DNA of 54,064 bases, filler included, from Candidatus Babeliales bacterium (GTDB lineage Bacteria; Babelota; Babeliae; Babelales; JABCYS01), in assembly GCA_016929235.1 (NCBI GenBank). It is 3 parts of 3 records of this genome, joined end to end, with 100 filler letters (N's around TTAATTAATTAA, not from the genome) between each part and the next. Parts side by side here need not be neighbours in the genome. Positions count along the whole stretch, not along the records: positions 1 to 21,702 come from JAFGJD010000004.1; 2 more parts are not named here. One strand, 5' to 3'. Positions 9,066-19,346 of this stretch are shown piece after piece. How positions within the stretch are numbered: position 1 is the stretch's first letter; every line of letters begins with the position of its first letter. A program made the translations under genes and the position numbers. The notes beneath the pieces are model-generated. The model saw nothing but the letters and a program-made list of their open reading frames with translations, was not told where the DNA came from and did not search any database.

Positions 9066-9464
9066 CTATAAACGTTGCGATTCAAGATATGATTGTAAAA
9101 CAACGGCGGCGGCGATGGCATGAGACCTTTTTTTATCGCGTTGTTTTGCTTGTCGTTGCACGACTGATGCTTGTTTGCTTGAGAGTCGTTCGTCCCAAAA
9201 AGTCCAAATTATAGTAGGAAATATTTTTTCAAGATGTTCTTTGTAGGTAATGGTTTTTTTTGTTTGTTCGCTTTCGGTGCCGCGTAATGTCTTTGGTAGG
9301 CCAACGACAATTGTCGAAATGTCTTCGTCGATAATTAATTTTTTGAGGTATGATTCCAGATCAGCAGTAGTAACAGTTGTGTGGGGTTGAGCAATCATCC
9401 GAAGCCTATCTGAAATTGCTATGCCAGTCCACACATCTCCTACGTCAAGAGCGGCACATTTCAT
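9066..9464 (-). CDS. ruvX: Pre-16S rRNA nuclease / Holliday junction resolvase-like YqgF
   Basis: ALDVGDVWTGIAISD, IVVGLP, WDERLSS, AAAVVLQSYL. Confidence 0.95.
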   Translation of the reverse strand: MKCAALDVGDVWTGIAISDRLRMIAQPHTTVTTADLESYLKKLIIDEDISTIVVGLPKTLRGTESEQTKKTITYKEHLEKIFPTIIWTFWDERLSSKQASVVQRQAKQRDKKRSHAIAAAVVLQSYLESQRL

Positions 9465-9583
9465 GGATTTTCCTTATCGTTAAGATGCTTTTCATATTCA
9501 TTTCACTTAAATATAGTATACTCACCTTTATTTGCTCGCACACTGGTGTGTGCATTATTTCATTACTATGAGGAGTCATACGC

Positions 9584-10909
9584 ATGGATATTAATGCGGC
9601 AATCCTGAAAATAGGGGAAGTAGTTTGGGGATGGCCGATGGTTGCTTTTGTGCTCATCGCGTGTCTTGTTTTGATGGTTGCGTTGCGCTTTGTACAGTTT
9701 AGGTATTTTTTCCATGCCTGGCGTGTGACCTTTGCTCCATCTTCGGATGCATCAACTAAATCAGATATGACTCCATTCCAGGCATTTGTGAATGCACTGA
9801 GTTCAAGTATCGGAAACGGAAGCCTTGCGGGCGTTGCAACGGCTATTTACTCCGGTGGTCCTGGAGCTGCACTATGGATCTTTGTTTTTGGTTTTCTGGC
9901 CATGGGACTTCGTTTTTCTGAGGCATATCTTGGTACCGTATTTAATGCAAAAGATGCCGGTGAAACATTCGGTGGCCCATTCATTTATCTGAAGAAAGTT
10001 CCAGGTGGTGTAATTCTCGCAAATGTGTTTGCGATTTTCTTCTTTCTCATCGGTATGGTGAGTGGTAATGCAATGCAGGCTAACTCAGTCAGTTTAAGTT
10101 TAGATCGTGCTTTTGGTATTTCTCCATGGTATGTAGCTGTGGCTCTCTTTTTATTTGTACTATATGCATTGTTGGGTGGTGCACATCGTATTGTGATTTT
10201 ATCCGAAGCGATTACGCCAATTAAAGTAGCTCTCTTTTTTATTTCTGCATTTATCGTGTTTGGCTATCATTACACAACCTTAATTCCCGCTCTTTTGCTT
10301 ATTATTAAGAGTGGTTTGTCTATCAAGGCGTTCACTGGTGGTGCGATTGGTTATACAATTCAGCAGGCAATGAGGTTTGGTGTTGCCCGTACCATAAATT
10401 CAAGTGAAGCCGGGCTTGGCACGGCTGCTGTATTCTTCGGTGCTTCCGGCGGGAAGCGACCAGTAGATAATGGTTTTATGGCAATGTTGGGTACGTTTAT
10501 TAGTGCAAATCTTGTGTGCTTTCTGCTGGCATGGATTATTGTGGCAAGTGGAGTATGGAATAGTGGTCTCACTAGTACTCCATTAACAAGCGCTGCATTT
10601 GAGACAGTCTTTGGTACTGCTGGCGGATGGATTGTTACCTTTCTTGCAGTAACCTTCGGTATAGGTGTGCTTGTTGCATATAGCTATGCTGCGCGTATGT
10701 CATGGTTATTCCTTACCAAAAATAAACATTTGTGGTTATTTAATATTATTTTCCCATCGGTTGCCTTGGTTGGCGCTGTGGCAAAAGTTGATATTATCTG
10801 GAATTCAGGTGACATCATCAACGCATGTCTCATTGTGATGAATATGTATGGAATCTTGTGGCTTCTACCAATGATTCGTCGTGATGTTCTTGCATACAAA
10901 GGAAAGTAA
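9584..10909 (+). CDS. Alanine/glycine:cation symporter (AGCS/AlsT family)
   Basis: TPFQA...IGNGSLAGVATAI..GGPGAALW, SEAGLGTA; multiple TM segments. Confidence 0.93.
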   Translation: MDINAAILKIGEVVWGWPMVAFVLIACLVLMVALRFVQFRYFFHAWRVTFAPSSDASTKSDMTPFQAFVNALSSSIGNGSLAGVATAIYSGGPGAALWIFVFGFLAMGLRFSEAYLGTVFNAKDAGETFGGPFIYLKKVPGGVILANVFAIFFFLIGMVSGNAMQANSVSLSLDRAFGISPWYVAVALFLFVLYALLGGAHRIVILSEAITPIKVALFFISAFIVFGYHYTTLIPALLLIIKSGLSIKAFTGGAIGYTIQQAMRFGVARTINSSEAGLGTAAVFFGASGGKRPVDNGFMAMLGTFISANLVCFLLAWIIVASGVWNSGLTSTPLTSAAFETVFGTAGGWIVTFLAVTFGIGVLVAYSYAARMSWLFLTKNKHLWLFNIIFPSVALVGAVAKVDIIWNSGDIINACLIVMNMYGILWLLPMIRRDVLAYKGK

Positions 10910-10915
10910 TTTTTA

Positions 10916-12319
10916 ATGATGCCGGCAACATTTCCTGTTACCGCACATACTGATTATGTTGGCCCTGGGTCGACATTTGTCGCGATCCAGGGGTTAAAAC
11001 TTGACGGTGTTTCGTTTATTCCCAAGGCAATTAGAAAAGGGGCTTCTCGTATTGTGTTACATGAGGATGTTTCCTTGTCAGAAGAGTTACAAGCTTTAAT
11101 TGATGCTGCTCATGTAACAGTAGAGCGTGTTTCTGATACCCGTCGAGCCCTTGCGCAATTGAGTGCTCAAGCAGCTGGTTATCCCGCACAAATGTTGACG
11201 ATCATTGGGATTACGGGAACAAAAGGAAAAACAACAACGACATTTCTCATAGAACATCTTCTACGACATGCGGGTATCAAAGTGGCGCGATTAAGTACTG
11301 TGAGCAACGCGATTGATGGTTATGTATTACGAGCGCCATTAACAACTGCACAGCCCGATTATCTGCACATGTTTTTCAAGAAGTGTATAGAGCAGGATGT
11401 AAGGCATGTTGTGATGGAAGTATCTGCCCAGGCTGTGACATTGGGCAGAGTTGATGGTATTTCATTTGATAAAGTTATATTTACTAATTTTTCGCAAGAA
11501 CACGGCGAATTTTATACATCTATGCAAGAGTACTTCTTGGCCAAAGTTTCTTTATTCCATCAGTGCCCACAAGATGGCAATATCTTTGTGAATGCAGATG
11601 ATGCGGCTGGTCGCAAGATCCTCAAAAAAAATCCACACTTTCGTTCCTTTTCAATACAGGATCTTGCTGATGTTGCAGGGTCGCGCAAGGGTATTTCGTT
11701 TGTAATCAAACACGAAAATGTAGTACATACGATGGTATGCCCTTCGCTAGTTGGTTCATACAATGTCTCTAATCTTTTAGCAGCAGTTCGCGTGACATTC
11801 GCGCTTGGCGTTGATCCTAAAGATATACAGAATGCTCTGAAGCAACCATTTATTGTTCCTGGTCGTATGGATCGCTTTGCGTTAGCTAATGGAGCAGATT
11901 GTGTTATTGATTATGCACACAATCCTGCATCGTATGAGGCAGTTTTATCGGTGTTGAGAGAATTATATTCACACGTGATTGTCGTGTTTGGTGCTGGCGG
12001 TGAGCGTGATGCGGCCAAGCGACCTATGATGGGTGAGATTGCTGCGCGATATGCGGATGTTGTGATCCTTACATCTGACAATCCACGTTCCGAGGATCCT
12101 CAAGATATTATCAATGACATCATGAAGGGAATTGTGCCTCGCAAAAATAAGCACATTCTGTCTGAACTGAATCGTGAAAAAGCGATACATTTGGCGTATC
12201 GGTTATCCAAACAGGGTGGTGTAATAGCCTTACTCGGGAAGGGCCCAGATGAATACCAGGAGGTCCAGGGGAAAAAGATCCCGTTTCACGAAAAACAGAT
12301 TATTTCTCATCTGTGCTAA
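10916..12319 (+). CDS. murE: UDP-MurNAc-Ala-Glu:meso-DAP ligase
   Basis: GITGTKGKTTT, MEVS, DYAHNP, VFGAGGERD, TSDNPRSEDP (DNPR indicates meso-DAP specificity), GKGPDEYQ. Confidence 0.96.
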   Translation: MMPATFPVTAHTDYVGPGSTFVAIQGLKLDGVSFIPKAIRKGASRIVLHEDVSLSEELQALIDAAHVTVERVSDTRRALAQLSAQAAGYPAQMLTIIGITGTKGKTTTTFLIEHLLRHAGIKVARLSTVSNAIDGYVLRAPLTTAQPDYLHMFFKKCIEQDVRHVVMEVSAQAVTLGRVDGISFDKVIFTNFSQEHGEFYTSMQEYFLAKVSLFHQCPQDGNIFVNADDAAGRKILKKNPHFRSFSIQDLADVAGSRKGISFVIKHENVVHTMVCPSLVGSYNVSNLLAAVRVTFALGVDPKDIQNALKQPFIVPGRMDRFALANGADCVIDYAHNPASYEAVLSVLRELYSHVIVVFGAGGERDAAKRPMMGEIAARYADVVILTSDNPRSEDPQDIINDIMKGIVPRKNKHILSELNREKAIHLAYRLSKQGGVIALLGKGPDEYQEVQGKKIPFHEKQIISHLC

Positions 12320-12453
12320 ACCGACGGTTCTCGAAGAAGAGTATTCCTTAATTTTTGGCTGCCAGAAACGCCCTTTACAAAGGGGCTTCATCCCTCTATT
12401 CTAAGGTAGTTTTCCGCAATAATTTATCTACTTATCTAACCGTGAGGCGTTGT

Positions 12454-14436
12454 ATGGATAATTTCTATTCCATTCTTTCGGCTGGTGTTGCCGTTTTGGG
12501 GCTCCTAGTTGTTGTAGGACTGCTCAAAAAAATTGGTTCGTTTGTGGTTCATCACAAAAAAGCTCAGCATATTGCTGATGCGATTCGTTCGGGGGCTATG
12601 ACCTTCCTCAAAGAGGAATATAAGATTATTGCAGTTGTTGCTGCCATAGTGGCAATTGTTTTAGCGATTGCTCTTAGTACGGCGGCAGCTCTCTTTTTTG
12701 TATGTGGTGCTACGCTCTCTCTTATGACCGGTTATATTGGCATGCATGCGGCAACCAAAGCGAACGTGAGAACTACGTTAGCGGCTAAAGAGCAGGGAGA
12801 ACACGCGGCCTTTCTTATGGCGTTTTCTGGGGGCGGTATTATGGGGCTTTCCGTAGCAAGTTTTGGTTTGCTTGGATTGGGTTCCATGTTCTATTTTTAC
12901 TATGGGCAGCCTCACTTTACGACCTATATTACTGCATTTAGCTTAGGTGCTTCGTTAGTGGCATTCTTTGCTCGTGTTGGTGGGGGTATTTATACTAAAT
13001 CAGCTGATGTTGGGGCGGATCTTGTGGGTAAGGTTGAAGCGGGTATTCCAGAAGATGATCCTCGTAACCCCGCGGTGATTGCAGATAATGTTGGTGACTG
13101 CGTTGGTGATACAGCTGGCATGGGTGCCGATATCTATGAATCGTACTTGGGTGCAATGGTATCATCGATGATCATTGCGATTACAAGTACAAGCTATGCA
13201 GCGGCTAGCTATGTTTCTCTTCCGATTATGTTGGCAACCTTCGGTTTATTAGGTTCAATTATCAGTTTAGTCTCTACACTTTTCTTCAGATTGAAGCCTG
13301 CAACAATGCTTCGCAATGCGTCCTATATATCAATTGTTTTTTTGATCGGTGCGGCCTACTTCTACCTTGATTCTGCGAATATGGATATGCAGCTGCTTAT
13401 TTCAATTATACTCGGCTGTGTAGGTGGGATTGCAGTTGGTTTGATTACCGAATATTACACTGCTGGAGAACCTGTTAAAAAATTGGCAGATAGTTCTCGT
13501 TCAGGTGCAGCAACCAATATTATCTATGGATTGTCTGTTGGTATGGAATCGAACGTTGCCCCAGTTGTGTTGCTTTCCCTTGCGATTCTTGGTTCATTCT
13601 TCTTTGGGGGAGGCCTATTTGGTGTATCTCTTTCTGCCGTAGCAATGCTTGCAACGGTTGGTATAACGATGACCGTTGATGCATATGGTCCTATCGCGGA
13701 TAATGCGGGAGGAATCGCTGAAATGGCTGGATTTGACCCATCAGTCAGAAAGATCACGGATCGTCTTGATTCACTTGGTAATACAACAGCTGCGATGGGT
13801 AAAGGATTTGCAATAGGATCCGCCTTGTTGACTGCGCTGGCTATGTTCTCTGCATATTCGCTTGAAGCAAAACTTGGAACTCTTGACCTGATCAACCCAG
13901 TTGTAGTCGCGGGCCTGTTCATTGGTGGTGTTATGCCATTTTTAATTTCTGCATTAACGATGCGCGCAGTTGGTGAAACTGCGCTTGAAATGGTTATGGA
14001 AGTGCGTCGCCAGTTCAAAGAGATTCCCGGTCTTTTACTTGGTACTGCTGAGCCGGACTATGAACGCTGTGTTGCCATCAGTACCCGTGCATCTCTTCGT
14101 AAAATGATGTTGCCGGGTATTTTAACCGTGCTGCTTCCTGTAGCTGTTCGTTATGGATTCAGGGCCTCTGGTAAACTAGCCCTAGGCGGTATGCTTGTTG
14201 GTGCAACTCTTGTATCGGTATTGTTGGCGCTTATGATGGCTAACGGTGGTGGCGCGTGGGATAATGCTAAAAAATATATCGAAGCGGGAAATCTTGGTGG
14301 TAAGGGTTCAGATGCTCACAAGGCAGCTGTGATTGGTGACACTGTAGGTGATCCATTCAAGGATACATCAGGACCAGCACTTAATATTCTGATTAAATTG
14401 ATGTCGGTTATTGCGTTGTTACTTGCAGCAATGTAA
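12454..14436 (+). CDS. hppA: Membrane-bound K+-dependent (probably Na+-translocating) pyrophosphatase
   Basis: [62 protein letters not shown]. Start placed at ATG 12454 after GAGG. Confidence 0.96.
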   Translation: MDNFYSILSAGVAVLGLLVVVGLLKKIGSFVVHHKKAQHIADAIRSGAMTFLKEEYKIIAVVAAIVAIVLAIALSTAAALFFVCGATLSLMTGYIGMHAATKANVRTTLAAKEQGEHAAFLMAFSGGGIMGLSVASFGLLGLGSMFYFYYGQPHFTTYITAFSLGASLVAFFARVGGGIYTKSADVGADLVGKVEAGIPEDDPRNPAVIADNVGDCVGDTAGMGADIYESYLGAMVSSMIIAITSTSYAAASYVSLPIMLATFGLLGSIISLVSTLFFRLKPATMLRNASYISIVFLIGAAYFYLDSANMDMQLLISIILGCVGGIAVGLITEYYTAGEPVKKLADSSRSGAATNIIYGLSVGMESNVAPVVLLSLAILGSFFFGGGLFGVSLSAVAMLATVGITMTVDAYGPIADNAGGIAEMAGFDPSVRKITDRLDSLGNTTAAMGKGFAIGSALLTALAMFSAYSLEAKLGTLDLINPVVVAGLFIGGVMPFLISALTMRAVGETALEMVMEVRRQFKEIPGLLLGTAEPDYERCVAISTRASLRKMMLPGILTVLLPVAVRYGFRASGKLALGGMLVGATLVSVLLALMMANGGGAWDNAKKYIEAGNLGGKGSDAHKAAVIGDTVGDPFKDTSGPALNILIKLMSVIALLLAAM

Positions 14437-14457
14437 TCGATCATATAAACAACACAT

Positions 14458-14494
14458 GCGCCAGAGAATTTATTGGATTCTCTGGCGCTTTTTT
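14458..14494 (+). terminator. Intrinsic terminator after hppA
   Basis: GCGCCAGAGAAT-loop-ATTCTCTGGCGC followed by T-tract. Confidence 0.85.
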
Positions 14495-14539
14495 ATATGC
14501 TTCGCTCTAGTTTGTTAAACCCAGAAAAAAGAGTTTCGT

Positions 14540-16174
14540 ATGAAGCGAATATTCATAATAAGTTGTGTAGTATTAGGGTGTTTAGCACAAGAGGATTCTT
14601 TTTGGATAAATCGCACGCTAGCTGCAATGACAACGCACGAAAAAGTAGCACAGTTAGTGATGCCTGCAATTCCGTATGATCCTGATGCAGAAGGGCTGCA
14701 AGATCAACTATTTACTTTTAAACTTCCGGATGGCTTGAATCGTTCTTACGCGGAGCATATGGTCAAAGAATATGGAGTGGGCGGGTTCTTATTGATCTGT
14801 GAAGTTGGATCAGTTTGTAATCATGCGGCATTTGCTAACCATCTTCAATCTCTCAGTCGAATACCCCTCTTATTCGCACAAGATTTTGAACCTGGTAAGC
14901 TGCGACATCCTGAACTTTTGAGATTACCTCTGCAAATGACGCTCGGCGCACTTAAAAACGAACAACTTATTTACGAGGTTGGGGAAGTTCTCGGGACAAG
15001 AGCACGACGACTTGGGGTACATATTATTTTTGCTCCTGTTGCCGACGTCAATAATAATCCGCATAATCCCGTTATTGGTATGAGATCGTTTGGTGACCAG
15101 CCGGGTGATGTTGCTCGAAAAGCTCATCTTTTAATGGAGGGAATTAGGCAGCATGCGATTCCAGTTATGAAACATGTTCCTGGCCATGGTGATACAACAG
15201 TTGATTCCCATCTAGGATTACCAAAAATTCTCCATAGCAGGGGGCGCTTGGAATCGATTGAGTTTGTTCCATTTAAGTATTTGATAGCAAATGGTATTGA
15301 TGCTGCAATGACGGCGCATATAGTCTTTTCTGAATTGGATGCAGATGTTCCTGTGACATTGTCTCGTAAAGTCATTAGATCGTTGCTTAGAGGGGAATGG
15401 GGGTTTAAAGGTGCTCTGTTTTCCGATGCACTTAATATGCATGCACTGACTGAGCATTATAGCCCTGAAGAGATTGCTCTTAAGGCGTACCACGCGGGCA
15501 ATACTGTATTAGTATTTCCGACCGATGTTCCACGCGTAATCCAGGCCCTTGTTTCCAGTGTTGAGTCTGGTGCTATTATGCCTAACGATCTTGATGAGCG
15601 TGTTCGTGCTGTATTACGTCTTAAGGCTCGTTGTGGTCTAGACCGTGAACGGTACGTTACTGAATTACAGGATCCCGAAGAACTAAATACCCACTATGTT
15701 CGTACATTAAAACAACGGCTTTACTCCCAAGCTGTTACATGTATCGGCAATCGGCCGGTAGCACAATCTGATGCCCAAGTCCTTTGCATTGGTTCAGCCG
15801 TACCATTCTCAGACACCATGAACAACGCAGGACATATAGTGGTAAGGGTTCCGGCATATAGTGGCTATGAAGAGCAAGTTGATACATTCTTGGCAAAGGG
15901 CGATGGGCCGATTGTTATTGCGTTATCTGATATGACTAAGTTCCCACAATCATATTTTGGATTGGATCAATTTATGATCATTAACATTAACGCAGCAGTT
16001 GAAAGACGACCAGTTCATGTCGTACTGTTTGGCAGCCCGTATGCCGCGTCCTTTTTTGATAAAAAGATAACTATCATCCAAGCGTTCGAGGACGACGCTG
16101 ATGCACAAATTGCTGCTGCCCAGGTTCTTCTAGGTAAGTGTGATGTACAGGGCCGTATGCCGGTAGAGCTGTGA
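14540..16174 (+). CDS. Exported GH3 beta-N-acetylhexosaminidase (NagZ-like)
   Basis: Signal peptide; FAPVADVNNNP.NPVIGMRSFG, KHVPGHGDTTVDSH, MTAHI, SDALNM. Confidence 0.92.
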   Translation: MKRIFIISCVVLGCLAQEDSFWINRTLAAMTTHEKVAQLVMPAIPYDPDAEGLQDQLFTFKLPDGLNRSYAEHMVKEYGVGGFLLICEVGSVCNHAAFANHLQSLSRIPLLFAQDFEPGKLRHPELLRLPLQMTLGALKNEQLIYEVGEVLGTRARRLGVHIIFAPVADVNNNPHNPVIGMRSFGDQPGDVARKAHLLMEGIRQHAIPVMKHVPGHGDTTVDSHLGLPKILHSRGRLESIEFVPFKYLIANGIDAAMTAHIVFSELDADVPVTLSRKVIRSLLRGEWGFKGALFSDALNMHALTEHYSPEEIALKAYHAGNTVLVFPTDVPRVIQALVSSVESGAIMPNDLDERVRAVLRLKARCGLDRERYVTELQDPEELNTHYVRTLKQRLYSQAVTCIGNRPVAQSDAQVLCIGSAVPFSDTMNNAGHIVVRVPAYSGYEEQVDTFLAKGDGPIVIALSDMTKFPQSYFGLDQFMIININAAVERRPVHVVLFGSPYAASFFDKKITIIQAFEDDADAQIAAAQVLLGKCDVQGRMPVEL

Positions 16175-16177
16175 TAG

Positions 16178-16561
16178 CTAGTTTATTTGTTCTAAGAAAC
16201 TGTCGAGCTCTATTTTAAGTTGGCTCTTAGTTTTCTTGCCGGTTACACGCTTAATAACAGCACCTTTGTTAATGAAAAGGAATGTTGGAATACTTATAAC
16301 ATTGAAGGTGCCTGCGAGTCCCGTATTTACATTCATTTTTAAAAATGTGATTGATTTATAGTTGGCATCATTGGAGCATTCAAGAAATATTGGTGCCATT
16401 GTTTTGCAAGGGTTGCACCAGTCCGCATAGACATCAATCACAGCAGCTCCGTTTAAAGTAAGTACCGCATCGAGATTGGTTTGATTGTTGATGATTCCTA
16501 CATCAGCGCATAAAAGTGAGCTTGCTAAAAGTAGTGATCCCATATAAAGAAGATGTTTCAT
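16178..16561 (-). CDS. Exported thioredoxin
   Basis: Signal peptide; YADWCNPCK..AP and cis-Pro SIPTF. Confidence 0.9.
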   Translation of the reverse strand: MKHLLYMGSLLLASSLLCADVGIINNQTNLDAVLTLNGAAVIDVYADWCNPCKTMAPIFLECSNDANYKSITFLKMNVNTGLAGTFNVISIPTFLFINKGAVIKRVTGKKTKSQLKIELDSFLEQIN

Positions 16562-16717
16562 ACTTTATTCCTTTTTAATGGTGTTACGTAAGAACCATTG
16601 TACAGCCTAAGGGGCTCTTTCGATGACGTCAAATGTATCTAAGGCGAGATATATCATTGCATTTTTGCCAGAATCTGCCATAAGAAAGTGCAATGCGCTA
16701 CGCAAGAAAGGTAGGCT

Positions 16718-18037
16718 ATGAAAACAATTCGCTGTTCCTATCGAGTCTCATCTTGTCTCAAAGAAGAAGATTTTTCCGCTACTGCTCGGTGTCTACAACA
16801 AGAACGAGACCGGATTGGCTCTACGTACCAACAAATGCGCTACGATGATGATCGGGCTTCGGTTGTTGTCATCCAGGATAAAAGGATACTTCGTGATGTA
16901 CAGCGAGTTATAGCCGAGAAAAAGTGTCTCGAGCCTCGAGCTATGATTGTGATTGGTATTGGTGGTTCAAACTTAGGAACACTTGCGGTGCACCAAGCAT
17001 TGCATGGAGCATTGTATAACGAGCGCCATCCAGCTATGCAAGTGTATTTTGCCGATACAGTTGATAGTGATTCATTGTCATGTCAGATTGCGATTGTGCA
17101 AGAGATTCTTGCTGTAGGTGATAATGTTCTGCTTAACGTAGTTACCAAATCAGGAGCGACAACAGAGACCATTGCATGTTTTGAGTTGTTTCTTGGGGTG
17201 CTGAAGGAATATAGACCAAAGAACTATCACGAATATATTGTGGTGACATCAGATGCAGATTCTCAGTTGGCCCAGTTTGCATATCAAGAACAGATGACGG
17301 TCCTAGATATTCCTGAAAAAATTGGTGGCCGTTATTCTGTGTTTACCGCGGTCGGATTGTTTCCCTTAGGAATGCTTGGTGTTGATTTGGAAGAACTACT
17401 TGCCGGTGCACGTGCGGGACTACAAACCTGTGTACAAGAATCTCTTGATGATAACCCCGCACTTGCCAGTGCTGTGGTGAAGTATTTGGTAAGCAAACAT
17501 GGTGTTGTAATAAGTGATTTTTTTACCTTTTCAAAAGATCTTGCTGGTATCGGGCTGTGGTACCGACAGTTAATGGGTGAAAGTTTGGGAAAGACGCGTG
17601 ATAATGGGACTGTAGTTGGTATGACTCCAACCGTTTCTATTGGTAGTATCGATCTTCATTCAGTAGGACAGCTGTATCTTGGTGGTCCCAAGGATAAGAT
17701 TACGACGTTTCTCGCTGTTGCTCACAATAAGACCAAGCTTGAGGTGCCAACTATTCCTGATCTCGATCGTTGTGTTTCCAATATCCAAGGAGTTTCAGTT
17801 TCTTTTCTCATGGAAGCAATTATTTCTGGAGTGCAAACAGCTTACACCAAGCACCATCGTCCGTGTATGAGCCTTATGCTTCCTGAAAAGACGGAATATT
17901 GGATTGGATATCTCATGCAAATGTATATGGTTGAGATGATGTTTCTTGGAGTGTTATTTGAGGTGAACCCGTTTGATCAGCCACATGTTGAGCTGTACAA
18001 AAAAGAAACTAGAATCTTGCTTTCGGGCAGATTGTAA
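16718..18037 (+). CDS. pgi: Glucose-6-phosphate isomerase
   Basis: IGIGGSNLG, TKSGATTET, GGRYSV, QLMGESLGK, DLHSVGQ, NPFDQPHVELYK. Confidence 0.96.
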   Translation: MKTIRCSYRVSSCLKEEDFSATARCLQQERDRIGSTYQQMRYDDDRASVVVIQDKRILRDVQRVIAEKKCLEPRAMIVIGIGGSNLGTLAVHQALHGALYNERHPAMQVYFADTVDSDSLSCQIAIVQEILAVGDNVLLNVVTKSGATTETIACFELFLGVLKEYRPKNYHEYIVVTSDADSQLAQFAYQEQMTVLDIPEKIGGRYSVFTAVGLFPLGMLGVDLEELLAGARAGLQTCVQESLDDNPALASAVVKYLVSKHGVVISDFFTFSKDLAGIGLWYRQLMGESLGKTRDNGTVVGMTPTVSIGSIDLHSVGQLYLGGPKDKITTFLAVAHNKTKLEVPTIPDLDRCVSNIQGVSVSFLMEAIISGVQTAYTKHHRPCMSLMLPEKTEYWIGYLMQMYMVEMMFLGVLFEVNPFDQPHVELYKKETRILLSGRL

Positions 18038-18041
18038 CGAG

Positions 18042-18563
18042 TTAAAGCCTAAAAATGTTGATAATTTCTTGTGCGAAATCTGCCGAGGCCTGAGGTCCCG
18101 ATGCTGTGATAATATTTCCATCACGGACTACGGGCTTATCAACATAAGTAACATCGTATCCATCGAAAATACCAGGAAGAGCATTATCACCATTCCAGCC
18201 TGTTGCGTGCTTGCCCTTGAGAACGCCAGCCTTTGCTAAGATTCTTGGTGCTATGCAAATGGCTCCATAGATCTTGTTATGTTTGTGTGCTTCAGAAAGA
18301 AGATGGTAACTCAAGGGAATATCAAGATGATCCAATGCCCCCGATCCTCCAATGAAGAATATTCCGTCATAAGCGGTTGTGGAAATGTTATCTAATGTGA
18401 TATCAACAATTGCCGGTGTTTGATTGTTGGAAACGGCACCAGGTTTGTCACTTGCTGTTACAACTTTAAAATTTGCTTTTTCCAAAAACTTTTTTGTCGT
18501 TTCGTATTCGATTTGCTGATACCCGTTGCTTGCAATGACGAGGAAAATAATCGGATATGACAT
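18042..18563 (-). CDS. DJ-1/PfpI family protein
   Basis: YDGIFFIGG, GAICIAP nucleophile elbow, DGNIITASGP. Confidence 0.93.
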   Translation of the reverse strand: MSYPIIFLVIASNGYQQIEYETTKKFLEKANFKVVTASDKPGAVSNNQTPAIVDITLDNISTTAYDGIFFIGGSGALDHLDIPLSYHLLSEAHKHNKIYGAICIAPRILAKAGVLKGKHATGWNGDNALPGIFDGYDVTYVDKPVVRDGNIITASGPQASADFAQEIINIFRL

Positions 18564-19269
18564 GAGGAGCCCCTCTAAACTTTGTGGTTTCTGAGAGCGT
18601 TTTTAAAATCCTTGATGTTCTTTTCCCAGGGGAAACTGTTATATATCTGCAGATGTTACTTGTTCCGAAAGCTTTATTCAAGGTTGGTACTAAAGTGTGT
18701 ATTACCCATGAACGAGCATTGCCAACCTGGCGGGTTGCTCCGTTATCTATCAGTGTTACATCTATCCCATTGTATACTGCAGTTACACACTTTGTTTTAC
18801 ATGGGATTTGCACGATGCGTGGTTCTTGAGAGACTACATGTATTGATGTTCCCAAGATGAGCATACTGATAATCAGGGCTCTGACGGTTTTTTTATACAG
18901 TACTCCTCCAATCATAATGATGGGAAGAAGACAGAGGATAGGGGTGATGGCCTGTGGTATTCCGTAGAGCCATGATGACGAGCTCAGGTTACCAAGATAG
19001 GCCCAGATGTACGTAAGTTGTTCAAGAATGAATACTAAGGGGTATGAAGGAAGGTGTATGAGTTCCAAGAAGAAGATGCATGACGATACAAAAAGAAAGA
19101 CGAACAAGAGCGGCATAAATATGAGGTTCCCAAGGAACGTTGCCATAGAAACCGGAAGGCCCCACCATGCGAGAAAAGGAAGTGACGTTGCTGTGACAAT
19201 ACATTGCGCTTGAAGGAAGCGAGCGAGCCATCGAGAACATGCGGTTAGAATTAGGGCGATTGTTTTCAC
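18466..19269 (-). CDS. Membrane protein resembling the C-terminal part of ComEC/Rec2 (degenerate)
   Basis: AQ..VT...LP.......VS....GNLIFMPL TM pattern, then LIDNG...LVP.L...G resembling the start of a metallo-beta-lactamase domain without HxHxDH. Confidence 0.6.
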   Translation of the reverse strand: MKTIALILTACSRWLARFLQAQCIVTATSLPFLAWWGLPVSMATFLGNLIFMPLLFVFLFVSSCIFFLELIHLPSYPLVFILEQLTYIWAYLGNLSSSSWLYGIPQAITPILCLLPIIMIGGVLYKKTVRALIISMLILGTSIHVVSQEPRIVQIPCKTKCVTAVYNGIDVTLIDNGATRQVGNARSWVIHTLVPTLNKAFGTSNICRYITVSPGKRTSRILKTLSETTKFRGAPHVISDYFPRHCKQRVSANRIRNDKKVFGKSKF

Positions 19270-19346
19270 GTGAAGTTCTTTTGTACTAAGATCCTATCTT
19301 GAGAGAGCTAGTATAAAAAATTGTGAGAGTAAAGAAAGTAATTCAT

